NCBI GenBank assembly: GCA_963816145.1 | Contig: CAWFJP010000031.1 | Span: 416,001 to 480,000 of the forward strand | DNA: 64,000 nucleotides | Source: an uncultured delta proteobacterium | GTDB taxonomy: Bacteria > Desulfobacterota > Binatia > UBA9968 | Direction of reading: 5' to 3' | Shown here: positions 39,826 through 50,012 of the stretch, piece by piece | Numbering within the stretch: the first letter of the stretch is position 1 | How the letters are laid out: each line of letters begins with the position of its first letter | Notes under the pieces: model-generated | Told to the model about the DNA's origin: nothing | Databases searched by the model: none | Seen by the model: only the letters and a program-made list of their open reading frames with translations | Program-made: the position numbers and the translations under genes

Positions 39826-39900
39826 ACACCGCTAGCGAGACGCCGTTGACTACGACGGGAACGAACGGTAAAGCGGAATCTGGGAGCACAAACAGATTTC
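39826..39900 (+). repeat. 75-bp intergenic repeat, copy A
   Basis: 57/75 identical to 40514..40587 by manual alignment. Confidence 0.75.
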
Positions 39901-39957
39901 ACTGCCCTTGAGTTCTTAAACTGAACGCCACGACGCTAGGTGGTAGAGCAACAGAAA

Positions 39958-40514
39958 ATGCCACAAGACAGTTGGTACTATTTTCTCGCGATAGAGTCTG
40001 ATCTAGAGACGACGGCTCGTTTCGTCGAGCCCACCGTTGCCAACGACTCTTGCTACTCTATTGAGTTTGCAAGGTTACTTATGGGTGCAGCTGCTGAGGT
40101 TGAAGTGGTGGCGATACAGCTTGCCGGCCGGTCGCGGCATTGCCCAAGAAGCCGAACATCGACGACCTTAGGATTGCCTTTCAAAAGCATTATCCGAAGT
40201 TTCACACCATGGAAATCCTTGTCCCTCGCGCATCACGAACGCTCAACCCGTGGCGCGACTGGGCTGGCGCCAACACTCCCGGATGGTGGACGGCACACAA
40301 TCGCGTGAAGCATGACCGGCATAATTCCTTTGCAGACGCTTCGCTCATAAATTCGCTGGAAGCTGTCGCCGGTCTACTTTGTCTTCAGCTTTATCTTCAT
40401 CGAGACGAATACAAGATTGCCTCCCTGGAGCCATGGTGTCGATTTCTCAGCGTTCAAGGGCATTACCAAGGAGTCGTCGGTGGTCCAGGAGGATCGCTCC
40501 CGGACTTTGCGTGA
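39958..40514 (+). CDS. Hypothetical protein, possible HEPN variant (frameshift near 40130)
   Basis: YFLAIESDL..RFVEP..YSIEFARLL joins WWTAHNRVKHDR. Confidence 0.6.
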
Positions 40515-40587
40515 CAGCGTTAGACAAACGCCGCGTATCACGACGGAACGATGGGTTAAGCGGATTCTGGGACCACAAACGGATCTC
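40514..40587 (+). repeat. 75-bp intergenic repeat, copy B
   Basis: Starts at the stop codon of the upstream gene. Confidence 0.75.
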
Positions 40588-40613
40588 GACCTTATTCTTG
40601 CGGGAGGTCATTG

Positions 40614-40622
40614 TGGTATAAT
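40614..40622 (+). promoter_or_regulatory. Candidate extended -10 promoter
   Basis: TGgTATAAT about 30 bp before the next ORF. Confidence 0.4.
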
Positions 40623-40652
40623 GCCTGCAAAGCCGGTATCACCAGTTGAACC

Positions 40653-41066
40653 GTGATGGAATCAAATTTCACTATTATAAAATGTGCAAATTGTTTGGCC
40701 GTCCTTGGCGAAGAACCAAACATTCCTGTCGAACAACGAATACCCTGTCGGAGGTGCGGTTCGATGGCGCGGGCGTTTGAGGTGGAAATTGCTGAGACGG
40801 TGACGTTTCGAGATGCCCTCGGAATGAAAGCACGGCATGGTACCGGTGGGCGACCGTTTTACGAAACTAAGTCGGGCGCGGACTTTCATCGCGCTACTGG
40901 CCAATGGATGCAGCGCGATTTGGTAGTCGATCGCGAAAACGACCGGTACGTCGAACGTGTTGTCGATCCCGAAACTGGAGAAATCATACACGTCTGCGAA
41001 GAGCCATTAAGCAAACATCGGGGTCATGGAACGGCCAAGACGAAGTCGTCTGACAAGGACGGCTAG
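40653..41066 (+). CDS. Zn-ribbon hypothetical protein
   Basis: CANC..CRRCGS; C-terminal EEPLSKHRGHG. Confidence 0.65.
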   Translation: MMESNFTIIKCANCLAVLGEEPNIPVEQRIPCRRCGSMARAFEVEIAETVTFRDALGMKARHGTGGRPFYETKSGADFHRATGQWMQRDLVVDRENDRYVERVVDPETGEIIHVCEEPLSKHRGHGTAKTKSSDKDG

Positions 41067-41079
41067 GAGGCACGTGTAA

Positions 41080-41487
41080 ATGGCGCAGGACAAAATAATC
41101 ACGCAATATGCGCGGATGTGGCCGCGAGAGCTCTTTCAACAGCCGAAACGGTCACCCGAAACGCTCGAAGTCCGGAAGCATCTCGATCAACCAGGTGTGT
41201 ACGTTCTGTACCGCGATGAACACCCCTACTATGTGGGACGGACGGATAAACGCCTGTTTAGCCGAATCTGGAATCACGCGAATCGGCCACAGTGGAGCCA
41301 CTTCAACTTCTGGAATTACGCTTCCGCTTTCGTTGTTCCGAATCCGCGACATGTGGGACAAATCGAGGGTTTACTGATCACAACAATGACCACGGCGAAC
41401 AAGGCTACCCCGAAGATCCAACGCATCCCGTATCCCCTAAAGGTGTGGAAGACAATTCACAAAGGTCAAAAAAATAGTCTCCCTTGA
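41080..41487 (+). CDS. GIY-YIG nuclease family protein
   Basis: PGVYVLY..YYVGRT..RI..H..IEGLLI. Confidence 0.75.
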   Translation: MAQDKIITQYARMWPRELFQQPKRSPETLEVRKHLDQPGVYVLYRDEHPYYVGRTDKRLFSRIWNHANRPQWSHFNFWNYASAFVVPNPRHVGQIEGLLITTMTTANKATPKIQRIPYPLKVWKTIHKGQKNSLP

Positions 41488-41790
41488 AGATAGAGAGCAG
41501 AGGATTATGCCTCCGCGTTTGCCGCCTTCGCCTTGCGCCCGCGCTTCGCCTTAGCTTTTTTGCTCGCCGTCTCGCCGAACGTTTGACCACCGATTTTAAC
41601 CAGTCGTTTTCGTGCGGCAGCCCGAAGCATCAATCCAGCAACCATTCCAAATCTTCCCGTGGCGCCGTGACGTTCCATGTCCACCTTCGGCACCGCGCAA
41701 TCGTTGACTTTCAAGCAAGCTGTCAAGCGGTCCACGTCGAGACCGTCCAGCATACGGAAGCATAACACCGCAGTCCTCTTGATCTTACTC

Positions 41791-41818
41791 TTGCCTGTTG
41801 CCTAATGCCTGCTGCCTA
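41791..41818. repeat. Solo heptamer arm (TGCCTRN family)
   Basis: ttgcctgttgcctaatgcctgctgccta. Confidence 0.65.
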
Positions 41819-44133
41819 GTTCCTCCCCTCCGCCTTGCGGATCAGCTCCCACAGCTTGGGCGCGGTGTAGGGCATGTCGACATGATCGATGCCGAGGGGT
41901 TTGAGCGCGTCCATAAGCGCGTTGGCCACCGACGGCGGCGCGCCGTTGGTGCCGCATTCGCCGACGCCTTTGACCCCCAAGGGATTGAACGGATTGGGCG
42001 TGATGGTTTCACCGAGGATCATCGGCGGCATATCGCCGGCGCGCATGATGGCGTAGTTCATGAACGTGCCGGTTTCCACTTGTCCATCGGCACTGTAGAG
42101 CATCTGTTCGCGCATCGCTTCGCCCAGACCTTGGGCGACGCCGCCGTGGATCTGCCCTTCGACGATCATCGGGTTGATGACGACGCCGCAGTCGTCGACC
42201 ATGATCAGTTTTTCCAAGTTGAACTTACCGGTGTCGCGGTCGATGCTGACCAGCGAGATGTGGGTGCCGAAGCCCCAAGCTTCGCGTTTGGGATCGAAGA
42301 ATGAGGTTTCCTGCAGGCCGATCTCCATGCCTGTCGGCACGCGGCCACCGTAGGCGGCGGCGGCGACTTGGCGCCAGCTGATTTTCTTCTCGGGCACGCC
42401 CTTGACGGTGAAGCCACCGTTGGTCTGAACAATGTCCTCCGGTGCTGCTTCGACCAGGAAGGCGGCGATGCGTTTGCCTTTGTCGATGACGCGCTCGGTT
42501 GCAGTGGCGAGCGCGCCGCCGCCGACCACGGCGCTGCGGCTGCCGAAGGTGCCGGTGCCTTGCTGGCTCACATGGGTGTCGCCGTGCAGCACGGTGACGT
42601 GATCCATGCTGGTCTGCATTAGATCTCAGCGGCGATCTGCGCCCAGGAGGTTTCATGGCCTTGTCCGTGGGAGCTCGACCCGGTGAGCACGGTGATCTCG
42701 CCGGTGCGCTCGACGCGCACGCTGCCGCTTTCAAAACCGGCGCCGCCGCTCGGTTCGACGAAGGTGGAAAAGCCGACGCCGACCAGCTCGCCGTTTTTGC
42801 GCCGGGCATCGCGCTGGCGCAACAGCTCTTCGTAGTTGGATAGTTTCAATGCCTCGCGCAGGGGCTTCTCGTAATCGCCGGAATCGTATTCGACGCCGGT
42901 GCCGGTGGTGTAGGGGAATTGCTCGGGCCGAATGAAATTCTTCCGGCGGATTTCCAGGCGGTCCATGCCAAGCACGTCCGCGGCTTTGTCGAGCAGCCGC
43001 TCGATGTTCAACACCGACTCGGGCCGGCCGGCGCCGCGATAGGGACCGGTGGGGCAAGTGTTGGTGAACACGCTGACGATCTCGACGCGGCAGTCTTTGA
43101 TCTGATAGCTGCCGCAGGCCATGCCCATCATGCGTTGCGGCGGTCCGGCGGTGCTCGAGTGCAGATAGGCGCCAAGGTTGGCGACGACTTTTACTTTCAA
43201 TCCTAAAATCTTGCCATCTTTTCTGAGCGCCATCTCGGAAGTCATTGCCTGATCGCGGCCTTGGATCGTCGTCAAAAAATCTTCGCTGCGAGTGGCGATC
43301 CATTTGACCGGCTTGCGCAGTTTGAGCGCGAGATGGCAGGCGACGATATCTTCACGGTAGACTGGACCTTTGCTGCCGAAGCCGCCGCCGACATCGGGAG
43401 CGATCAAATGAATTCTATGCTCGGGAAAACCGGTCACACCGGCGATCTCGGCGCGAGCGCGGTGCGGTCCTTGGGTCGACAGCCAAACGGTCAGGTTTTT
43501 GCCAAATGGATCGGGGCTGGCGACGATGCCGCGCGGTTCCATAGCCAGCGCCACCTGGCGCGGACTGGCGATATGCATGGTGAAGACATGGTCCGCGGCG
43601 GCAAACGCTTTGTCGACATCGCCGCCGTTTTTGGTCAACGTGTAACAGATGTTGCTGTCGAGATCCTGATGCGCCAGCGGTGCGCCGGGTTTGAGCGCGT
43701 CTTCGGCGTTGGACACGCCGGGCAAGGCATCGTATTCGACGACGATTTCATGCGCGGCGTCTTCGGCCTGCGCGCGCGTCTTGGCGACCACGGCCGCCAC
43801 CGGCACGCCGACACAGTGCACCGCGCCGCGGGCGAGCACGGGATGCGCGGGAATTTTCATGTTCGGCAGCACCTGCGACGGCGCGAGATTCAACTTCGCA
43901 TCGAGATCGTTGCCGGTGACGACCAGTTCGACGCCAGCCATGGTTTTGGCCTTGCTAGTGTCGATGGAAATTATCTTGGCGTGCGGGTAAGGACTGCGTT
44001 GAAATGCCAGATAAAGCATCCCCGGCAGATGAATATCGTCGGTGTAGCAGCCCTTGCCGGTGATCAGCGGCGGATCTTCGACCCGTTTGGGCGAAGCGCC
44101 TATGAGTCCGGTTACTTCATGTTCGGTTGCCAT
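41816..44133 (-). CDS. Xanthine dehydrogenase-family molybdopterin subunit (CoxL-like), frameshift near 42620
   Basis: PDVGGGFGSK, PYRGAGRPE, HGQGHET, GVKGVGE. Confidence 0.88.
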
Positions 44134-44152
44134 TTAATTTCTCCCTCTTACT

Positions 44153-44231
44153 TCCTCTCCCTCTGGGAGAGGATTGAGGTGAGGGCATTTATCACCCCTC
44201 ACCCTAGCCCTCGTCCCCATGGGGAGAGGGG
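44153..44231. repeat. Paired REP-like hairpins
   Basis: cctctccctctgggagaggattgaggtgaggg ... ccctcaccctagccctc. Confidence 0.72.
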
Positions 44232-44240
44232 ATAGAAACT

Positions 44241-45112
44241 CTACCGTCTTGCCGCGCGTTCCACTGCGGCTTCGATCGCCTTACGCGCGTAAACGGTCGC
44301 GACATGGCGTTTGTACTCGGCGCCGGCGTAGGAATCTTCCACCGGGTCGGTTTCTTCGGCGGCTTTGGCTGCCGCCGCCGCGATCGTCTGCGTCGTCAGC
44401 GGCTTGCCTTGCAGCTCCAATTCCGTCGCGATGGCGCGGATCGGGCCGCTGCCCAAGCCGCCGATGGCCACACGTGAGGCCGTGCAGGTGCCGGATGCTT
44501 GGCGCGTGATCACCGCCGCCGCGCTGACGACGACATAGCCGGAGGCCGGGTGCGGCAGCTTGGCGTACGCCGTGCCGGTGCCGGCAGCCGGGATCGGCAC
44601 GCGAATTTCGACGAGAATTTCATTGGCGTTTAACGCGGTGGTGTAAAAATCGGTGAAAAAATCGTCGACAGCGATCGTCCGTTTGCCCGATACGGATTGA
44701 GCGACAAGACTGGCATTGAGCGCCGTCAGAACGACCGGCAAATCCGCCGCCGGGTCGGCGTGGGCGACGCTGCCGCCGATGGTGCCGCGATTGCGCACCT
44801 GCACGTCGCCGATCACCGCCGCGGCATCGGCCAAGGCGGGAACATGCTTGCGGACCAGCTCGGACGAAGCGATATCGGCATGTACTGTCAGCGCGCCGAT
44901 AACCAGGCTGTTGCCGTCCATGCTTATGCCGCGTAGGCCAGGCACGGTGCCGAGATCGATCAAGGTTTGCGGCGATTGCAACCTGAGCTTCATCGCCGGA
45001 ATCAAGCTATGGCCGCCGGCGAGCAGTTTACCGTCCTCGCCGTGCTGGCCATCAGTTGCAAAGCTTCTTCGACCGAACGGGCCGCGACATAGCCGAAATT
45101 AGCGGGAAACAT
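44241..45112 (-). CDS. FAD-binding subunit (CoxM-like), frameshift near 45050
   Basis: MFPANFGY.., AGGHSLIP, VRNRGTIGGS. Confidence 0.88.
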
Positions 45113-45130
45113 GGGAGCCTCCCTTCGGGA

Positions 45131-45157
45131 GCAGGCATGAGGCATGAGGCATGAGGC
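45131..45157. repeat. Solo heptamer arm (AGGCATG)n
   Basis: gcaggcatgaggcatgaggcatgaggc. Confidence 0.7.
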
Positions 45158-45184
45158 TTGAGTTCGGATTGTCGAAAAATTTCA

Positions 45185-45685
<501 letters not shown>

Positions 45686-45961
45686 GCTTGTCTACCCTCC
45701 GTTGGTATGTTGGTGAACTGATTCCTAACCAGGCTCTGCAAGCAGAGAAATTCAGTCTGGCCAGTCATATAACGAGAACGGCGTCGGCTCAAGAGAGGGC
45801 GCCGGCAATTCGCAAGTTAATCCCGCCTATAAAACCGATATATACAGCTGGCCGATTGCTTTGGATTCAGGTTAGTATTGTGACAAAGTTCCACTTGGAG
45901 AAAATTTGTGAAACTCGTCGATCGTTAATATGGAAACTCTGCGAATGCAGCAAAACTTCCA

Positions 45962-46963
45962 ATGCTAAAACATATCGCCAGCGCGGTGTTAGTACTGCTC
46001 TTCTCAAGTTACGCCGCAGCGGCGCCTGCCTTGCAAAAGGCCAACTTTGCGCATGCGACGCTTTCGGCGCGCTTGGCGCCGCTTTGGCTGGCGCAGGAGC
46101 AGGGCATCTTTGCCAAGTACGGCATCGGCGCGGAAGTTATATTGGTGCGCAGCGGAGCGGCATTGATTGCCGGGATCGCATCCGGCGACATTCAAATGGG
46201 TTCGATCGGCGCCGGCACAGCGTTGGGCGCGGCGGCGAGCGGCGCCGACATCGCGATTGTCGCCAACTTCGCTAGCCGCGCGTCGGTGGAATTGGTCGCG
46301 CGACCGGGGATCAAGAGCGCCGAGGATTTGAAGGGCAAACGCTTCGGCATTCAAAGTTTTGGCGGCACCCTGTGGTTGTACACCATGATGGCGCTGGACC
46401 ATCTGGGTTTGGAGCCGGCACGGGACAAAATTCAGCTTCAAGTGGTCGGCGATGTCTCGGTGTTGGCGCGCGCGCTCGAGAGCGGCACCATCGACGCTGC
46501 GACGCTGAGTTCCGCGGCTTATAGCCGGCCGTTGCGCGAGAAGGGATTTTCGATTTTGGCCGATCTCAAGCTGCCGATCGCCGGGCAGACGATCATTGTG
46601 CGCAAGGCGCTGGCGCGCCAAGCGCCTGAACTGATTGACGGCTTGCTCAGAGCCCAGATCGAAGGGGTGGCATTTGCCGTTAGCCCGCGCAACAAGGCGG
46701 TGGTTTATGACACCATGCGCCGGCGCTTGCGAATCACTAATCCGACGGGTTTGGAGGAAAGTTATTCAGACATGATGGCCGAAGTGGATCGCAAGCCCTA
46801 TCCTTCCACCGAGGGCTTGGCAAACATCCAACGCTTTATGAAGGCGGTCAGTCCGAAGCTGGCGGAGCTCAAAATTGACGACGTGGCGGATCGCAGCTGG
46901 GTGCGCCGGCTCGATGAAAGCGGATTTATCGACCGCGTTTACGCGGCGCAGGGGGTGAAATAG
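45962..46963 (+). CDS. ABC substrate-binding protein, NMT1/SsuA family
   Basis: Signal peptide, QGIFAKYG, DLKGKRFG. Confidence 0.87.
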   Translation: MLKHIASAVLVLLFSSYAAAAPALQKANFAHATLSARLAPLWLAQEQGIFAKYGIGAEVILVRSGAALIAGIASGDIQMGSIGAGTALGAAASGADIAIVANFASRASVELVARPGIKSAEDLKGKRFGIQSFGGTLWLYTMMALDHLGLEPARDKIQLQVVGDVSVLARALESGTIDAATLSSAAYSRPLREKGFSILADLKLPIAGQTIIVRKALARQAPELIDGLLRAQIEGVAFAVSPRNKAVVYDTMRRRLRITNPTGLEESYSDMMAEVDRKPYPSTEGLANIQRFMKAVSPKLAELKIDDVADRSWVRRLDESGFIDRVYAAQGVK

Positions 46964-46998
46964 TTGCGATTGCCGCAGCGAAAGGGGATCGGAATGAT

Positions 46999-47126
46999 TC
47001 ACCACAGAGACCACAGAGCCACAGAGATCACAGAGGTCAAGACTCGGATTCGGAATATTTAACCGCAAAGAGCGCAAAGAACGCAAAAAAAAATTGAAAT
47101 GTAGGGGCGGGTTTCAAACCCGCCCT
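46999..47126. repeat. Repeat cluster: two solo 9-bp tandem arms plus GTAG REP
   Basis: accacagag x4, cgcaaagag x3, gtaggggcgggtttcaaacccgccct. Confidence 0.72.
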
Positions 47127-47132
47127 CTTCGA

Positions 47133-48416
47133 TTATTGTTTCTCGTTCGACTGCAAAGCGTCGAGCGCCTGCTGGACCAGTTTTCTACGCAGTTCTTTTT
47201 CATCCTTCAGCGGCAGCTTGGCGTCGCCAGTGACATGGACGATGCCGGTGCCTAAGACGACGCGGTTAGAGCCGACCATTTTGGCGATCGGTCGCGCCGA
47301 GGTAATTTGCACCACTGGGATGCCGGCTTTTTCAAGTTCGGTGGTGATCGCAGCGCCGCTGCGAGTGCTGGTGCCTCACGTGGACGTGAGAATCACCGCG
47401 TCGACGCCGTCACGTTTGATCTTCTGGGCCATTTCCCGGCCCAAACGGCGCGTGTTTGACAGCGGATTGGAGCGGCCGCAGGTGGAGAGAAACTCCTCGT
47501 GCAGTTTGCCGATCACGCCGCTTTTTTCCAGCTCGCGCAGGGCGTCGAGGGGCACCAAGCGGTCGGGATCGTCCTGGACAAACCTGGTGTCGTAACCGCC
47601 GTGCGAGACTTCATAGTCTTCACTGCGTAGATCGTCGCTGCCTTCGATGTTGTATGCGCCCCAGCGAGTCGCGGCGGTGCCTTCGATCTTGTCGGGATTG
47701 CCCTTGGGCACCAAGCCGCCGTCGGTGATGATCATCAGCTTGGCTTTCGATAGGTCTTTGATCGCGGCGGGCAACGGCACCGGCGCGAATGCGGTAGGCA
47801 GCATTTCCGATTCGAACTTTTCGCCTTTCAATTTGGCGACGAGCATGTCGACCATACGTGTGGCGGCGGTCTTTTCGACCAGCTGGTCGCGCAACAAGCC
47901 ACGGCTGATATAGCCTTCCAGAGCGGGCAATCCGATGGGTTGCTTGGCCACTAGTTTCTTGCCGAGTTTCGCCATGGTCGCGACGATATCGCGCATCTTG
48001 CTGATGTTGGTTCCCGAGTCGACGATGTGGAGCGTTTCGCGGTACAGATCGACGCCGGGATTTTCCACGTGCATCGCCGTGATTGCCGGAATAGCCAACT
48101 CGGACTGGATGGCCGTGCAGATCGCCCCGGCAGCCATGCCATAGCGTCCGGCATCGAAACAGGGACCGGCCGCAAAGAGATCGGCACCGATGATCCGCAC
48201 TTTATCGAGAACAGCCGCGATGACTTCGTCTTGATGTTCGACGGCGTAATTATCGCCGCAGACTATGCTCAGTGTTACAATCGCTTCATCGCCCATGAGC
48301 TGTTCGAATAGTTTTGCCGGCCCGAGCGCGCCGTCGCGAAATTCCACTGGCGCGCCGGCATGTTCTTCCGCGCCGATGCCGCCGAAAAATTGATTGACGT
48401 AGTAGACGATCTTCAT
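47133..48416 (-). CDS. grdB: Glycine/sarcosine/betaine reductase selenoprotein B family (427 aa, Sec at UGA 47376..47378)
   Basis: NQFFGGIG.EE, GGLVPKGNPD, HGGYD, LTST-UGA-GTSTRSG, continuing in frame to TAA. Confidence 0.88.
47348..47364 (-). promoter_or_regulatory. Candidate bacterial SECIS hairpin
   Basis: UCGCAGC-GGC-GCUGCGA, 17 nt, starting after an 11-nt spacer from the UGA. Confidence 0.65.
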
Positions 48417-48426
48417 GATTAGCTCC

Positions 48427-48513
48427 TAGGCAATAGGCAATAGGCACTAGGCAACAGTAAGAACGGATTTTTCGGAGCTCTTACTATTGCCTGTTGCCTC
48501 ATGCCTATTGCCT
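48427..48513. repeat. Gene-less inverted heptamer-arm element (AGGCAAT family)
   Basis: taggcaataggcaataggcactaggcaaca ... tattgcctgttgcctcatgcctattgcct. Confidence 0.82.
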
Positions 48514-48516
48514 TCT

Positions 48517-49794
48517 TCAATACACTAACGATCTCATCCTCGACGCGCCCTGTTGGTTGGTGACGCCGATGATGTTGTTGGCGTCGATGCTCATGGGTCC
48601 GACCAGCAGCTCGGCCAATTCCGGTTTCGCGGCAATCACCCGGGCGGCTTTTGGAATTTGATATTGCGTGCCGTTGCCGCCGTTGTAGACGATGGCGTTG
48701 ACTTCCGGGACGTTGAACAAGAGAGCCGACTCGACCCGGCGATCGCGCGATACGTCGGAGACCATCACCGCGGTTTTGATGCCGGATTGTTCCAACAGGC
48801 GCGCGGTTTCCGACAGGTCCGCGTGGGGCAGGCCGCCGCCGTACTTGGTCATCACGGCCCCGTCGGCGCGCAGCGTCCACTTAACCAGGTTTGCCGCGGC
48901 GTGGCACTGCCGTTCGCGGTCGACGTTGTCGTTGCCGGCGACGGTGCCGACGGTGCCGACAAAATTTATCTCGCGCGCTTGATGGCGTCGGTAGAGATCG
49001 AGGATCACCGGATGATTTTGATAAAAATAGGTCTCGGTGCCGCCAAACCAGGAATTGAGCGACGGCACCAGGGCGCCGTCGAGCCACTCGTCGGGATGCA
49101 ATATCACCGGCAACATGCCGTCGGTATTCGTGCCATAAAGAATCGGCTCGTCGACCGCCGGCTTGCGCTGGCGCGAAAAAATCTGGCCGATATAGACCAC
49201 GCGGGACAATCCTTCGCGGCTCGCGTCATTGGCGCCGATGGGCTCGAAGGTTTGTCTGGACGCGGGTTTTTGGTTTAGCGCTACACGGGCGAGATGCACA
49301 GCAACTTTGACACCGGCGACGCGATACGCTTTCAACACCGCCGAGCGCGGCAACCCCGGCTTGGTCTGCGGGACAATCAACAGGTGGCGTAGTTTCGAAT
49401 AAGCGCTGCCGGCAGTAGCATTGCCATTCATCTCCAACACGCGTCCAGTAGCGCTGCGCGATGGGTCGGGGCTCATTTCGGCGAGGACCGAAACCGCGGC
49501 GCCGGCAAGCACATGGGTTGTGCCCATCCCTGCGGTGGTCGGCGGCCCGATGATGCCCGGAAAGTCGCTGCCGCCGTCGGCTTTGGCGCGCGGTTCGACG
49601 ACATCGAATATCGGTCCGGCGCGGCAGCTCTCGCCCGGGCGAACGATCTCGAAAGCGACATTTTCAATCGCTTCATCTTGCAGCACCAAACTGCAAAGCG
49701 CTTCGCGATCGACTGTGAGCGCGCTGCCGTCGAGCGCGAGCCGCGCGCCGAATTGAATGTCGGTGATTAAATGGCTGGCGAGCGTGAGTTGCAT
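48517..49794 (-). CDS. Glycine/sarcosine/betaine reductase component B alpha/beta subunit (GrdE/GrdI-like)
   Basis: PGESCR..DVVEPRAK, FPG, G.THVLAG, HPDEWLDGA, YQNHP, INFVG. Confidence 0.85.
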   Translation of the reverse strand: MQLTLASHLITDIQFGARLALDGSALTVDREALCSLVLQDEAIENVAFEIVRPGESCRAGPIFDVVEPRAKADGGSDFPGIIGPPTTAGMGTTHVLAGAAVSVLAEMSPDPSRSATGRVLEMNGNATAGSAYSKLRHLLIVPQTKPGLPRSAVLKAYRVAGVKVAVHLARVALNQKPASRQTFEPIGANDASREGLSRVVYIGQIFSRQRKPAVDEPILYGTNTDGMLPVILHPDEWLDGALVPSLNSWFGGTETYFYQNHPVILDLYRRHQAREINFVGTVGTVAGNDNVDRERQCHAAANLVKWTLRADGAVMTKYGGGLPHADLSETARLLEQSGIKTAVMVSDVSRDRRVESALLFNVPEVNAIVYNGGNGTQYQIPKAARVIAAKPELAELLVGPMSIDANNIIGVTNQQGASRMRSLVY

Positions 49795-49853
49795 AAGATA
49801 TCTACCTCAGGGCACTCTAATTCCGCACGAAGGACATTGTCAACGTAATGGTT

Positions 49854-49943
49854 CCTTCCCCCGTTTCGGGGGAAGGCAAGGATGGGGGGAGTAACGGCTG
49901 AAATGCATGCCCCCACCTTCATCCTCCCCCGAGACGGGGGAGG
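49854..49943. repeat. Paired REP-like hairpins
   Basis: Family of 34316..34414. Confidence 0.72.
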
Positions 49944-50012
49944 AAATAAGAAGTAAATGTACGTCTTCGATCACGACTTGTAGCTGTTACAAATTCCGTT
50001 CACAATCGCGCC

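Noticed and set aside
41505-41768. 87-aa minus-strand ORF
   Set aside because: No recognisable motif, weak start; probably a decayed fragment.
47376-47378. grdB as a nonsense pseudogene or two ORFs
   Set aside because: The TGA is at the known Sec position, the frame continues, and a SECIS-like hairpin follows.
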